64,000 bases of DNA from an uncultured Nitrososphaeraceae archaeon (GTDB taxonomy: Archaea; Thermoproteota; Nitrososphaeria; Nitrososphaerales; Nitrososphaeraceae), in NCBI GenBank assembly GCA_963765895.1, contig CAVXZB010000087.1, positions 1 through 64,000 of the forward strand. The letters are read 5' to 3'. How positions within the stretch are numbered: position 1 is the stretch's first letter; each line of letters starts with the position of its first letter. Under the pieces are notes generated by a model that saw nothing but the letters and a program-made list of their open reading frames with translations, made no database searches and was not told the origin of the DNA. This document shows positions 34,881-46,945 of this stretch, piece after piece. The position numbers were made by a program, and so were the translations under genes.

Positions 34881-35900
34881 TTGGATATATCTAGTAAAAA
34901 ATACCATCAACTCACTCCTGATTTGATAATTTGTAAAATACTTAATGGTATGTGGCAAGTCGCAGGTGGACACGGATTTATAGATCATGAACTGGCGATC
35001 ACGGATATGATGAGATATCATGAGGTAGGTTTAAGGAGTTGGGATCTAGCTGATATTTATGGCCCAGCAGAAGATTTCATCGGGGTATTCCGACGAAGGT
35101 TGTCTACATTAAAGGGGAAGGAAGAGATGGACACAATCCAAGCATTAACAAAATGGGTCCCGCAACCTGGGCGGATAACACGTTCTATAGTCAAAGAAAA
35201 TGTAGAAAGTTCCCTTCGCAAGATGAACGTTGCCTCGTTGGACTTGCTTCAATTCCATTGGTGGGATTATAACAATCCATATTACATTGATGCTCTCAGA
35301 TACCTCTTCGACCTCAGAGATGAACGAATAATCAAGGATGTCGGTCTTACAAATTTTGACACAGAGACGATACAAACCATAACAGATTCGAATCTAAAAA
35401 TTGTTTCAAATCAGGTTCAATATTCGATTATTGATAGAAGACCAGAAGTAAAAATGATACCATTCTGTAAAAGGCATAAAGTCAGTCTTCTTGCTTACGG
35501 AAGTATTTGTGGAGGGCTGATATCAGAGCGATATTTGGGGAGGGTAGAGCCATCGGGTACAGAATTAAACACCCTAAGCTTACGAAAATACAAACGGATG
35601 ATAGATGCTTGGGGCGGATGGAATTTGTTCCAAGAACTATTATTAAATCTGAACAGGATTGCGCAAAAGCACGGCGTAAGCATTGCAAATGTAGCAACCC
35701 GTTATATTCTTGATAAACCCGGAGTGGCAGGAGTCATTATTGGCGTCAGGCTTGGGATAGCTGATCACATTAGCAATAACCTGCAAGTATTCAACCTTAC
35801 TTTGGATAAGTCAGACCTTAATGATATAGAAAGCGTATGTACAAAGTCAGATAATTTGTTTGAGAAAATTGGAGATTGTGGTGATGAGTATAGATCCTGA
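34881..35900 (+). CDS. Aldo/keto reductase
   Basis: GMWQ, WDLADIYG, LDLLQFHWW, GLTNFD and SNQVQYS. Confidence 0.93.
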   Translation: MDISSKKYHQLTPDLIICKILNGMWQVAGGHGFIDHELAITDMMRYHEVGLRSWDLADIYGPAEDFIGVFRRRLSTLKGKEEMDTIQALTKWVPQPGRITRSIVKENVESSLRKMNVASLDLLQFHWWDYNNPYYIDALRYLFDLRDERIIKDVGLTNFDTETIQTITDSNLKIVSNQVQYSIIDRRPEVKMIPFCKRHKVSLLAYGSICGGLISERYLGRVEPSGTELNTLSLRKYKRMIDAWGGWNLFQELLLNLNRIAQKHGVSIANVATRYILDKPGVAGVIIGVRLGIADHISNNLQVFNLTLDKSDLNDIESVCTKSDNLFEKIGDCGDEYRS

Positions 35901-36428
35901 GTTTAGCTTAAACAATCTTTACTTATTACCAATGATAATAAAATATTCATCATCATTTCCTGAATCTTTCAATCATTAGATACAGTCAATATTAGCTTTT
36001 ATTACTAAATAGGCTACCGCATATTGTACAAGTATTGGATTGAAAGGCACGGTTAGGTAAAGTTAAACACGTACCGAATTAGAAAGATTCAGAATAATGA
36101 GTTTGAATTAATAAGCGACAATAGTTTAAACCCCAAATAATTAACACATGCAGCAGACATGTTGGTAATTAGTATCCTTATTACTAGATATTGTTAACAT
36201 GCTTAATACACATAAGCTTTTAGTATATATTCCAGAAATGATAAAAGTCAGCATTTGTATTTATGTCAAAGCCGAAGTGGTCTACTAGAGATTAGCTGAA
36301 AAGTCTAGCACATGACAGTTGTCAGGTCTCTAATTCATCATAGATTGCACTGCACAATACTCTCTCCCTCCCCCAGTTAGCGCTCATATTATTAATACTA
36401 GTAAACAGGTATAATAAAACAGATAATA

Positions 36429-37533
36429 ATGATAGATAAGAAATCGCATACCGAAAACGAACTTGATAATAGTAATAATGATAATGAGGATATTATAAGA
36501 ATGGATCCAAGTTCAGAATCTCCAGCACTTGATCTGGAAATTCAAGACATTGAAGGAATTGGCCCTACGACAGCAAAAAAGTTGAAAGAAGCAGGCATTA
36601 TCTCGGTGATGGATTTAGCAGTGACAAGTGCAGATGAGTTAGCCGTAGAAATTAATGCTTCGAAAGATAGCGCGGCAGCTTTCATAATGGCTGCACAAAA
36701 GTTATTGAGAGATTCTAATGTCTTAGAGAAGGAATTCATAACTGCTGATGCAGCGCTTGAGAAACGAAGAGCTATGTTACGTTGTTCCACAGGATCCAAA
36801 GTTCTAGATGAGTTGCTATTAGGAGGAATTGAGACACAAGCAGTCACAGAATTCTATGGAGAGTTTGGTTCAGGTAAATCGCAAATATGTCACACCTTGT
36901 GTGCAATAGCTAGGCAACCTATAGAAGCAGCTGGACTAGATAGTAATGTAATCTATATAGATACTGAGGGAACATTTAGACCAGAAAGATTAAATCAGAT
37001 AGCTAGAGCAAGAGGTTTTGATCCAACACATGTACTAAAAAGTGTGGCAGTATGCAAAGTGTACAACAGTTCACACTTGGAATTAATAATAAAAGACTTG
37101 GGTAAATATATCAATGACTTTAAAGCTAAATTAATTATAATAGATAGTATAATTTCTCTTCATAGAGCAGAATTTTCGGGCAGAGGAACGTTAGCAGATA
37201 GACAACAACGGCTTAATTCAATTTTGCATAAACTAATAAGACTTTCAGAGATATATAATGTTGCCATAGTCATAACTAACCAGGTCCAATCATCACCCGA
37301 TACCTTTTTTGGAGATCCTACAAAGGCGAGCCGGCGGAAATGTTTTAGGACATGCTTCAACCTATAGAATATATCTTCGAAAATCAGGCGAGAACAGAAT
37401 AGCAAAGATGATAGATTCACCCTATCACCCCTATTCAGATGCGAGATTTACTGTGAACGAAAGGGGCGCGGATGACATGGAAGATGTAAAAAAGGGCAGT
37501 AAAAAAGCGTCTAAAGACGAAATATCCGAGTAG
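36429..37533 (+). CDS. radA: DNA repair and recombination protein RadA, 1-nt frameshift at ~37328
   Basis: HhH N-domain, GEFGSGKSQ Walker A, YIDTEGTFRPER and RAEFSGRGTLADRQQ; continues AGGNVLGHASTYR in the next frame. Confidence 0.96.
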
Positions 37534-37674
37534 AGGTTGCTACTACAAACTACAAATCAGCTTGTCTCGAAAGCAAATTCAAATATCTGTCCAATTCGAC
37601 GGTTAGTTGTATAACCGGTACTTTACGATATCGTTAAAGTACTTATTTATGTGGTTTAACTAATAAATTATTTA

Positions 37675-38928
37675 GTGTTAAATTCTCCAGAGATTGATAA
37701 ACTAGCCGGAATTCAATTTTACTGTACGAAATTTAGTGGGATTGGCGGTTCAATAAAAAATAGTAACAAAGATTTCAAAGTATCAGAATTAGTAGATAAA
37801 CGATTTCTCGATAGCTTGTCATCTATTCAAGATGGGGTCAGTAGATATCCAATCTATATTCTTGAGAAAAACAACATAGATTCAAACCATGCCCTAATTG
37901 AAATTGAGCGGAAATTAGGACTAAGATTAAAGATCATGGGAATTAAGGATGCCAAAGCGTATTCGGTACAATATGTAAGTTCTGAGCAAACAAAGAAGTT
38001 ACCCAAAGTAGCAAAGACGCAAAATACTACGATAACTCTATTAGGTTTCAGTAAGGTGCCTTTGAAAAAGTCTCTGCTATGTGGAAACGAATTTGTCATT
38101 ACAGTTCAAGAACCAAGATTTTCAGATATTTCGTCATTCATCCCAGAAATAAAAAATATTGCCAATTTTTATGGATTGCAAAGATTTGGAAGGGAAAGAT
38201 TAGTGACTCACCTAGTTGGAAAAGAAATTGTCAAACGAAATTTCGGAAAATCTATAGAACTATTGTTGTCATACACTACGAAGTACGACTCGGCAGTCAG
38301 CAAAGAGATTAGAAATAAGCTACGAGATCCGATAAACTACCCTCATATTTACAAACAGTTGCCAAAATGGATGGATATTGAATTTATGGTGTTATCAGCA
38401 TTAGTAAAGGGAAAAGAATCAGTAACTGCACTTAGATCTATTCCTATATCGATCCGTAGACTATTTATACAGGCATACCAAGCATACATTTTCAATAATT
38501 GTTTAAGTAATGCAATTGCGAATGGTGAGGATCTATCTGTTCCTAAAAGAGGAGATCTATGTTTTGAGATAGAGGACAATGACTCTTTTGGCAAGATAAG
38601 AAAATTTAATCCAACTACTGATGCAGCATCAAAAACTGTTCCAGCTGTTAGATTAGCCGGTTATACATTCCAACCTGGCAAAGGAAGGTTTGAAACGATT
38701 ACAACTAATATTCTAAAAGACGAATGCGTTTCCCCAAGAGATTTTCATATCAGCGAGATGGAAGAACTAAGTGCTCAAGGTGGATTTAGACAGGCACCTC
38801 TTCTTTGTCGAGATTTTCATTATCTTAACTCTTTAGTCTTATCATTTAAACTATCGGCTGGCTCATATGCTACAGTATTACTTAGAGAAATAATAAAGCC
38901 TCTGGACCCTATAAGGACAGGATTTTAG
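37675..38928 (+). CDS. truD: tRNA pseudouridine(13) synthase TruD
   Basis: DFKVSE, GIKDAKAYSVQ, GNEF, NFYGLQRFG and GSYATVLLRE. Confidence 0.93.
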   Translation: MLNSPEIDKLAGIQFYCTKFSGIGGSIKNSNKDFKVSELVDKRFLDSLSSIQDGVSRYPIYILEKNNIDSNHALIEIERKLGLRLKIMGIKDAKAYSVQYVSSEQTKKLPKVAKTQNTTITLLGFSKVPLKKSLLCGNEFVITVQEPRFSDISSFIPEIKNIANFYGLQRFGRERLVTHLVGKEIVKRNFGKSIELLLSYTTKYDSAVSKEIRNKLRDPINYPHIYKQLPKWMDIEFMVLSALVKGKESVTALRSIPISIRRLFIQAYQAYIFNNCLSNAIANGEDLSVPKRGDLCFEIEDNDSFGKIRKFNPTTDAASKTVPAVRLAGYTFQPGKGRFETITTNILKDECVSPRDFHISEMEELSAQGGFRQAPLLCRDFHYLNSLVLSFKLSAGSYATVLLREIIKPLDPIRTGF

Positions 38929-39033
38929 CAAGCACATTATATTATCAAATAGTACATTGTCAGGCAGAAAAGGTTTGTAGATTCTTAGCTGTACAAGATT
39001 TGTATTGACTAACATGTCTTTCTCACATAGCAA

Positions 39034-39903
39034 TCATTCCCTAATTGCACCTAGAGTTAAACCTCTAATCATTTGTTTCTGGAATACAAGCATTAAAACT
39101 AATACTGGAATAATGGCAAGAGTTATTCCTGCGGTTAGGTATCCCCATTCTATTCGATATAATGAAATGAATTGATATAGTGCTACCTGAAAGACCATCG
39201 AGTCAGGTCTGTTCGCCAATACGATAGGAAGTATGAATTCGTTCCAGGAAAATCTGAAGGCTAAAACGGCTGCGATTGCAAAACCTGGCATGGATAGTGG
39301 TATGGTAATTCGTCTCAATACTCCCAATCGAGAACAGCCATCAATCAATGCAGATTCTTCAAGATCTTTTGGTATAGTTTCAAAGTAATTTTTCAATAAA
39401 AGTATGTTTAATGGTATTATCAGGATCTGAAAGGTTAGAATCAAAGCCAAGGACGAGTTGAGCATACCTGCTGCGGACAGCATAGTATACAGTGGAATTA
39501 TGTTTATAACAACCGGTATCATGAAAAGTCCCAATATCACGCTCATAATCAAATTCTTTGCCTTGAACTCAAATCTTGCGAATGCGTAGCCTCCCAAGGC
39601 ACTTACTGCAACACTCAATGTTGTACTGCCTATACTTACTATGAAGCTATTGATAAGACTACGAACAAGGCCCGGATCAGTTAACACAAATTTGTAATTA
39701 TCAAATGTTATATTTTCTGGCAGAAATTTTGGTGGGAAACTTATAGACTCCTCATTACGCTTAAATGATGTAGAAAATACCCAAATAAGAGGAGCCAGAG
39801 TTACGAATAATAAAATTGCAATTAATGCGTATACTAACGTCCGTTCTGCAAAAAACCAAACTCGATTATTTCTAAATGGCTCCTGTTGCATTATTCCATT
39901 CAT
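39034..39903 (-). CDS. Carbohydrate ABC transporter permease (MalG-like)
   Basis: IPKDLEESALIDG EAA loop; WNEF. Confidence 0.93.
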   Translation of the reverse strand: MNGIMQQEPFRNNRVWFFAERTLVYALIAILLFVTLAPLIWVFSTSFKRNEESISFPPKFLPENITFDNYKFVLTDPGLVRSLINSFIVSIGSTTLSVAVSALGGYAFARFEFKAKNLIMSVILGLFMIPVVINIIPLYTMLSAAGMLNSSLALILTFQILIIPLNILLLKNYFETIPKDLEESALIDGCSRLGVLRRITIPLSMPGFAIAAVLAFRFSWNEFILPIVLANRPDSMVFQVALYQFISLYRIEWGYLTAGITLAIIPVLVLMLVFQKQMIRGLTLGAIRE

Positions 39904-40766
39904 CTTTTTAGAAGTTTAAGGTAGACAAAAGCAACTGAAATATTAATTATGATTAAAATTAATCCAGCAGCTGCTCCCTTAGAAAGAAGTCCAAATTCAA
40001 AGGCCTGTCTATACATATAAAGCGATGCGGTAGTACTAGCAAACAAGGGCCCCCCTCCAGTCATGACCAATTGTAAGTCAAAGAAGTTTACCGACCACAT
40101 TGTAATCAAAATGAGATTGATCACGATGAAGGGCTTGAGCAAGGGAAGTGTAATACGCAAAAAAGATTTAAATTTCGTTGCTCCATCTATCACTGCTGCC
40201 TCATATATTGATGGATTTATTGATAATAATCCTGCAGTAATAAAGAGCATGGTGAATGGGGTGCCATACCACACATTAGCTATTACCAAAGACCAAATCA
40301 CGATGTTAGGGTCTGAAAGCCAACCAACAGGCTGTAGGCCAATTTGTTGAAATATATAATTTAGTATGCCGAAATTGTAATCAAAAATGAACTTGAATGA
40401 AAATGCTGCTATTACCGCAGAGATAGTCCACGGTATTATAAAGATTGCACGTAACACGCCTGCAGCTCTTACTTTTTGGCTTAGCAATACAGCCATAAGC
40501 ATACCTATCGTAAATTGTAAGGCAACTGATCCAGCTACAAAGAGAACTGTGGTTCTCAGAGATGTATAAAAATTGGGATCATTAAACAAATCAACAAAGT
40601 TAGTCCATCCGCTGTATTCCCAATTCTTTAGAATTGTAATAAAAGATACATCATGAAATGAAATGTATATATTCCAAAAAAGTGGGAATATCAAAAATAT
40701 AAGTAATATCGCAAATGCAGGCGTGAGAAAAAGGTACGGCTCGGCCTTTGCGAGAATATTTGACAT
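39900..40766 (-). CDS. Carbohydrate ABC transporter permease (MalF-like)
   Basis: IYEAAVIDGA...ITLPLLKP; MTGGGP; 4-nt overlap with the next gene. Confidence 0.93.
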   Translation of the reverse strand: MSNILAKAEPYLFLTPAFAILLIFLIFPLFWNIYISFHDVSFITILKNWEYSGWTNFVDLFNDPNFYTSLRTTVLFVAGSVALQFTIGMLMAVLLSQKVRAAGVLRAIFIIPWTISAVIAAFSFKFIFDYNFGILNYIFQQIGLQPVGWLSDPNIVIWSLVIANVWYGTPFTMLFITAGLLSINPSIYEAAVIDGATKFKSFLRITLPLLKPFIVINLILITMWSVNFFDLQLVMTGGGPLFASTTASLYMYRQAFEFGLLSKGAAAGLILIIINISVAFVYLKLLKR

Positions 40767-40791
40767 ATTTTATGGAACTACTACAGTTTCG

Positions 40792-42114
40792 TTACCAACC
40801 CAAGGCCTTTGCTGACTTTGCAGCAGCATCATTGAGTGCTTGTTTAGGATCTTTCATGCCATAGTACACTTCATCTATTGCTTGTTTTATGCTATCGGCT
40901 ATTTGTGGATATTCTGGTATATTAGGTCTGCTATGTGCAGTCGGAATCATAGATATCATTTCCTTATAATATGGAATAGTTGCATTCAACTTGACTGCAT
41001 ATGGACCCTCTCCGATTGGTTTCTGAGTAGGGAGATATCCCTCTTTTTGTAACATGGGAGTTAGTACGCTTGGATCGACCATTGTCGTTAATAATTCCCA
41101 AGCAAGATCTTTATTTTGTGAGGTTTGAGGAATGCTAAGAATCCATCCACCCATCATCGTAGTACTTTTTGTATTCTTATTTGGGACTGGAAAGACTGGC
41201 AACATTCCAACCTTGTGGTTAATGGTGGGCCACTGATCACGTGGGAATGTTCCTAGCAGCCAGGATCCCTCTAGCATGACTGCAAACTTTCTATCTGCAA
41301 ATTCCTGACCCCAAAAATGATTTACCTGGGGTTTGATCCCTGCGTCGACTTGTTGCTTTAGGAATCCTAGGGCTTTTACGCCTTGTGTACTATTGAAAGA
41401 AGGATACCAGTAGGTACCCTTTGTTGGATGCCCACTCTTCTGCTTAAGTATCTCGCCTCCTAGCATCCACAGATAAGGATACCACATATCTGGAGAATGA
41501 CTAGCACCTACTAGATGCATCGGTTGTATCCCCTGAGCTTTCAACGCATTACTGAGTGCCTTTGAACCTGCAAGATAGCCGTCCCATGTCTGTAATGACT
41601 CTGGATTGACACCTGCCTTATTCAATAAATCTTTCCAGTACCACATAGACCTTATGTCAGTCCATGCCCAGATACCGTAAACTTTGCCATTGTATTTACC
41701 GCCATCCCAATTTGTGTGATACCAATCACTTTGCCTTCCCCAGGTTTTAGCGCGATCCGAAAGGTCAGTTAAAAACCCACCTTGCGCAAATTCACCAAGC
41801 CAAATTTGATCTGCAGAAATAAGATCAACTGGAGTTTTGCCTGCCATTGCTGTTAAAATTTGAGTCCTAGTAGCATCATAAGGTAAAACTCTGTAATCTA
41901 GTTTAATATCAAGTTCCGGGTGCTTCTGTTTTAATTTTTGAAGGGCAGTATTAAAGAGAAGATCCCATCTTTCTTTTGGCTCTGCCACTATCGCCGTGAG
42001 CGAGACTTGCTTTTTTTGTGCAGATACTGGAAATACAAAACCAGATGTCATAGTAAAAATCAAAGATACAATTAGAAAAAGAGCAGTAAAAGAAACTTTT
42101 TTATTCATATTCAT
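40792..42114 (-). CDS. Carbohydrate ABC transporter substrate-binding protein
   Basis: Signal peptide; SBP_bac_1-type motifs (DQIWLGEFAQGGFLTDL, MMGGW, RPNIPEYPQI). Confidence 0.92.
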   Translation of the reverse strand: MNMNKKVSFTALFLIVSLIFTMTSGFVFPVSAQKKQVSLTAIVAEPKERWDLLFNTALQKLKQKHPELDIKLDYRVLPYDATRTQILTAMAGKTPVDLISADQIWLGEFAQGGFLTDLSDRAKTWGRQSDWYHTNWDGGKYNGKVYGIWAWTDIRSMWYWKDLLNKAGVNPESLQTWDGYLAGSKALSNALKAQGIQPMHLVGASHSPDMWYPYLWMLGGEILKQKSGHPTKGTYWYPSFNSTQGVKALGFLKQQVDAGIKPQVNHFWGQEFADRKFAVMLEGSWLLGTFPRDQWPTINHKVGMLPVFPVPNKNTKSTTMMGGWILSIPQTSQNKDLAWELLTTMVDPSVLTPMLQKEGYLPTQKPIGEGPYAVKLNATIPYYKEMISMIPTAHSRPNIPEYPQIADSIKQAIDEVYYGMKDPKQALNDAAAKSAKALGW

Positions 42115-42266
42115 TGAGACACTTGATGACGATATAGCTTTTAAGTGTTATTCCCTGTTTGATTCAGGATTGTTCTATTATTTAGTGAAGTATGGTACTT
42201 AACCCCCTACTATGATGTTAAATAAGAGTTGTCCTCACTTGAAATGGTTAAAATCAATATTAAAGA

Positions 42267-43436
42267 GTGGTGTATGAGAAGGTTAATATCTTCCTTAGAA
42301 AGATTGTCAAAGGCAGTATATTCGTTATGACTAGTCTACGGATCGAGGGCTTAACTAAGAGATACGGGAATACGAATGCACTAGATGAATTTTCTCTGAA
42401 AGTCGATTCTGGCCGGTTTATGGTACTATTAGGCCCGTCTGGATGTGGAAAAACCACTGCGGTAAGATGTATCGCGGGTTTAGTTAATCCGACTAGTGGC
42501 CACATATACATTGGAGATCAAATGGTAAACCAATTGCCTCCAAAAGATCGGGATGTTGCAATGGTATTCCAGAATTATGCGCTTTATCCTCATATGACTG
42601 TATATAATAATATTGCTTTTCCGTTAAAAATGAGAAAGGTGCCTAAGAATCAGATAGACGACAAAGTCAGAAATGTAGCTAATCTGCTAGATATAGAAGA
42701 TCTTCTCGACAGGAAACCCAAAGAATTAAGCGGAGGCCAGATGCAAAGAGTAGCATTAGGTAGGGCATTAGTAAGGGAACCGAAGGTTTTCCTGATGGAT
42801 GAACCACTAAGCAATCTTGATGCAAAACTACGTACCTATATGCGAACCGAGATTAAGAAGTTACAAAAGAAGGTAGGGATAACCACACTCTATATTACCC
42901 ACGATCAGATTGAAGCAATGAGTATGGCAGACCAAGTTGCGATAATGAAAAGTGGTTTGATCCAACAGATAGGTACGCCCGGTGAAGTCTATCAAAAACC
43001 TGCAAACACATTTGTAGCAGATTTTGTTGGAAGTCCATCTATGAATTTTCTAAAGTGTAAGATAATTGCAAAGAATTCTGAAATTACGCTTGAATCAAAT
43101 AATATCCATCTACAGATCCCACGAACTAGTTGGACCTTTGAATACTCATCTGATAATATTATACTCGGAATAAGACCAAGAGATATTGTTCTTCTTCTAG
43201 ATAACGACGTCAACTTTACTGGTATCAAAATGAAAGGCAAAATAACGTTTACCGAGATGTTGGGAGATGATTCTCTAATGGAAGTTAATATAGGTGTAGA
43301 TTCAATCAGAGTCACGAATATCGGTCCAGACTACGATCCTAATATTGGAAAAGAGGTCATGATTGGATTTCCTTATTCAAAGATTCATTATTTCACCGCA
43401 GAAACTGGTAAGAGATTAATGTATAAAATAAAATAG
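42267..43436 (+). CDS. Carbohydrate ABC transporter ATP-binding protein (MalK-like); real start likely 42327
   Basis: [44 protein letters not shown] and a TOBE tail. Confidence 0.95.
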   Translation: MVYEKVNIFLRKIVKGSIFVMTSLRIEGLTKRYGNTNALDEFSLKVDSGRFMVLLGPSGCGKTTAVRCIAGLVNPTSGHIYIGDQMVNQLPPKDRDVAMVFQNYALYPHMTVYNNIAFPLKMRKVPKNQIDDKVRNVANLLDIEDLLDRKPKELSGGQMQRVALGRALVREPKVFLMDEPLSNLDAKLRTYMRTEIKKLQKKVGITTLYITHDQIEAMSMADQVAIMKSGLIQQIGTPGEVYQKPANTFVADFVGSPSMNFLKCKIIAKNSEITLESNNIHLQIPRTSWTFEYSSDNIILGIRPRDIVLLLDNDVNFTGIKMKGKITFTEMLGDDSLMEVNIGVDSIRVTNIGPDYDPNIGKEVMIGFPYSKIHYFTAETGKRLMYKIK

Positions 43437-43739
43437 ATTAATATATATATATCATACAGCAAATCAGTATCTACAATTTCTTTTGGAGAGATTAAGGTGC
43501 CGTATACGGTCTAGTGATATGGGACTATATGACTAACACGATAATTCGCAGATTGATTAGGTAGATGATCCTATTCTATTTTGTTCTGGGTGTTAGAATG
43601 ATGCTAATAATTTATGTCAGTTTAAATATTCGCAATCTTATAGTCCACCAAATTGTTAAATATCGCAGACAAGTAATTTGATCTTTTTAGTTACATGACA
43701 GATATAAGAAAATAAAATAACAAAACAATAGTACTTTAT

Positions 43740-44144
43740 ATGATTTATCCCCTGAATTATAGTGTGATGATCATATACATTACCATGTTAGGGGCATTAA
43801 TGTCTACAGTATTATTAATACACTACAATGAATCAAATGCAGTAAATAAGACCAACTTTAGCTCTTTCATAGTAAAATTCTTCTTCCATTTAAAAAATAA
43901 ACATATTTTCAATAATGTAAAGATTGCCGTAACCGGAGAGAAAGGACAGTCTAATGCATGGCGACTAATATTGTTCATTTCCGATAACATTCAACGGGAT
44001 GCGATACCAGGTTATTTCCATACCGGTGAACATGTAACAGCATGTATTACTAATTATAGTAAAAATAGCTATAAGAATTGCGACGTTTCCACTGTAATCG
44101 CAACAGGCGTGGCCAATTTCAATCTCACGGCAGCACCCTCCTAG
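43740..44144 (+). CDS. Hypothetical membrane-anchored protein
   Basis: N-terminal hydrophobic segment and a Cys pair near the C-terminus. Confidence 0.4.
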   Translation: MIYPLNYSVMIIYITMLGALMSTVLLIHYNESNAVNKTNFSSFIVKFFFHLKNKHIFNNVKIAVTGEKGQSNAWRLILFISDNIQRDAIPGYFHTGEHVTACITNYSKNSYKNCDVSTVIATGVANFNLTAAPS

Positions 44145-44249
44145 ATTTGTATTCTCATACTTGAAAATTAGAATCTCGTCTACCTATAAATACAGTATCT
44201 TTTGCAAGTGTAGCGGTACATAATGTGATAATCTCCTACTTTCGATATT

Positions 44250-44789
44250 CTAAAATGTCCGCATCTTTTCAATTCTTCTTAATCTCTTCAGCAGATCCAT
44301 TATCTGCTCATGTGTTGGATTACTAGCTCTAACAATATTTAAATCCATATTAAGTTTCTGCAATGCAGTATATACTTCCTTGTCTTCTATTGTATCGATT
44401 AATTCCTTTATGGTAAATGGCTTTTGCATCAATTCTACAGCTTGCTTAAGCTGTTTTATACTGTCTTCAAGTGTTTCCTTAACATGAGCTGATGCAAATA
44501 TTATTCGCTGATGTGAATTTACCGCAAGTATTTCTTTCGCAACTTCAAATCCGTCAATTTGTGGCATCTTATAATCTAGAAGCAATACTTCAAATGGAGA
44601 ATCATTATTAGAATGGTAGTGAGCCGATGAAGATTCATGCCCAAACTTGGCAATATGGGTTACATCATGATATTCTTTGAGACAATCTTCACCATTTAAT
44701 GTAATTGTTACTTTATGTTTTCTTGCCTCTAGAGCTTCTTTATAGAGCAATGCAATGTCACGTTCATCCTCAGCTATTAGGATGTTCAT
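44250..44789 (-). CDS. Response regulator receiver protein with thaumarchaeal C-terminal extension
   Basis: ILIAEDE...LLDYKMPQIDG...IIFASA...QKPF. Confidence 0.92.
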   Translation of the reverse strand: MNILIAEDERDIALLYKEALEARKHKVTITLNGEDCLKEYHDVTHIAKFGHESSSAHYHSNNDSPFEVLLLDYKMPQIDGFEVAKEILAVNSHQRIIFASAHVKETLEDSIKQLKQAVELMQKPFTIKELIDTIEDKEVYTALQKLNMDLNIVRASNPTHEQIMDLLKRLRRIEKMRTF

Positions 44790-45273
44790 ATATTATACAC
44801 GTCCCGTGTTTAAAAGGCGTCTGGATAATAACAATTATGGAGGGCAATGTGTTACAAATTTACACGACTGTATTATATAATTTTGGAGTCCAATATTTAA
44901 TCAAATTGTCAACAAAAGATAATAACTCCTCCAATACTACCATCCTTACATTCAGTTCACATACAGAATCTATATCTATAGAAATTTTGGTACGGCAGAC
45001 TTTTTGATAGATTCATTGGGCCACATATATAATATTTAACAGAATTGTTTTTGGATAGTCATATATTCATACGACGCTTGCGGAGCAGGTATCGAATTAA
45101 GATGCGGTCTTTATGATATCTTAAAGATTATTACAAGAGTACGCTTGGCATATATAATGTTTGTAGCAAAAGAAAATTAATTGCAGTTAATACTCGTTAT
45201 AATGACTCTCTGATTCTAAAAGGAAGATATTTTAACCCTAAGATATTTGGTGGTAGTAATTATCTCCTAGTAA

Positions 45274-45919
45274 TTATCTCCTAGGACTAGAGCTGCCTGT
45301 TATGATATAATATACAGAATCTCCAACGTAACAAGCATGATCTGAAATTCGTTCTAAATATCTTAAAATAAGCAAATTCGAGATATAGCATCTTGGCTCA
45401 TCTGAATCTTTTAACAAATTCGAAACAAGTTCCCGTAAATATCTTCTGTAAAGAGTATCAACTGTATCATCCATTTGATAGAGATCCTGTGCAGCCATTT
45501 TATTTCTAGAGTCTAATGCATTTACACTTAGTAGAATCATTTTTCTTACAGTCATTGCCATTTCAGACACAGCATTCTTATTGCAATCCGTTAATGGTCC
45601 CAATGTTTCAAGCACATCCACTATGTCATAAGCGTAACGTCCAAATCTAGAATATCCGTATGATATTTCCATACAGGATTTGATAAATCTTAGATCAGTA
45701 GCAACCGGTTGATACCGTGCTATTAATTCTACTGCAAGGTCAGTCACCTCGTCTTGCAGAGTTCTAAGTTTTTCTGATTGTTCAAAGACGTGTTTCTTTA
45801 GCATTGCTATTGCTTTCATATGCTTCTAAGGCAGAGAAAACTGAACCTTCTGATAATTTAGCCATATCCGTAACAATACTGCGAATTCGATCTAGGCCAA
45901 GGTCTAACAGCCTAGGCAT
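45274..45919 (-). CDS. phoU: Phosphate transport accessory protein PhoU, frameshift at ~45800
   Basis: MPRLLDLGL start at 45919; RYQPVATDLR, DDTVD and YLERISDHA; follows pstB. Confidence 0.9.
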
Positions 45920-45994
45920 AAGATACAACATCCATGATTAGATTTTCCACAAAATCGTCCTTAAATAAACACTGCTATCAAAATCATAAATTTC

Positions 45995-46848
45995 TTATCC
46001 AAATCTTCCAGAAATATACTTTTCAGTTAATTCTTTCTGTGGATTCTTAAATATATCTTTGGTTGGATTATATTCAATTAATTCGCCGAGGTACATAAAA
46101 GCAGTTTGCTCCGATACCCTGGCTGCCTGTTGCATATTATGAGTCACAATGATAATTGTTAAAAATTCTTTCAATTGGTGGACAAGCTCTTCAATCTTAG
46201 AGGACGCAATCGGATCTAACGCAGAAGTTGGTTCATCCATTAATAGTATTTCTGGTTGCATCGCAAGTGCTCTAGCAATGCAAAGGCGCTGTTGCTGTCC
46301 GCCTGATAAACCCATTCCTGGCATATGAAGGTCGTTTTTTACTTCATCCCACAATGCTGCTCCCTTGAGACTCTGTTCTACCACCTCACTAATCAACTTC
46401 TTATCCCTAATACCATTAAGTTTCAATCCCGCAGCTACATTGTCGTGAATACTCATAGTTGGGAATGGATTTGGTTTTTGGAATACCATGCCTATGCGTC
46501 GCTTTACCATGGCAGGATCAGAAGACTTATCATAAACATCAAGACCGTCAAGTATTACTTTACCTTCTGCTTTTGCATTCGGAGTCATTTCATGCATACG
46601 ATTGATGCAACGAAGAAGGGTAGTTTTACCACACCCAGAAGGCCCAATAAAAGCCGTCACGCTATTTTCCTTGACGTCCAAACTAACGTCTTTCACTGCA
46701 TGTTTTTTTCCAAACCATGCATCAACATTCTGAATTGAAAGCTTGATTTTAGCTTGCGTGGTGGCAGGTGCGCAGCAGCCTTCCTCTCATCATTATCGCT
46801 ACTTTGAGGTGCATAACGTGTAACTTCCTTGTTACTACTACTACTCAA
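45995..46848 (-). CDS. pstB: Phosphate ABC transporter ATPase PstB, N-terminal frameshift at ~46775
   Basis: [33 protein letters not shown] and YISGRFG. The frame extends upstream through [13 protein letters not shown]; the 5' end is approximate. Confidence 0.95.
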
Positions 46849-46945
46849 TCGCAGATCTGTTATAATCGTCAAGCCGTAGTTATGCATTCCCAACATATTT
46901 CATATAGAACAATATAGACTTGATAGCCATATGTCCTCTAGTACA

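Noticed and set aside
45254-45284. 14-bp tandem duplication TAGTAATTATCTCC at the phoU stop
   Set aside because: A single local slippage duplication with no coding consequence.
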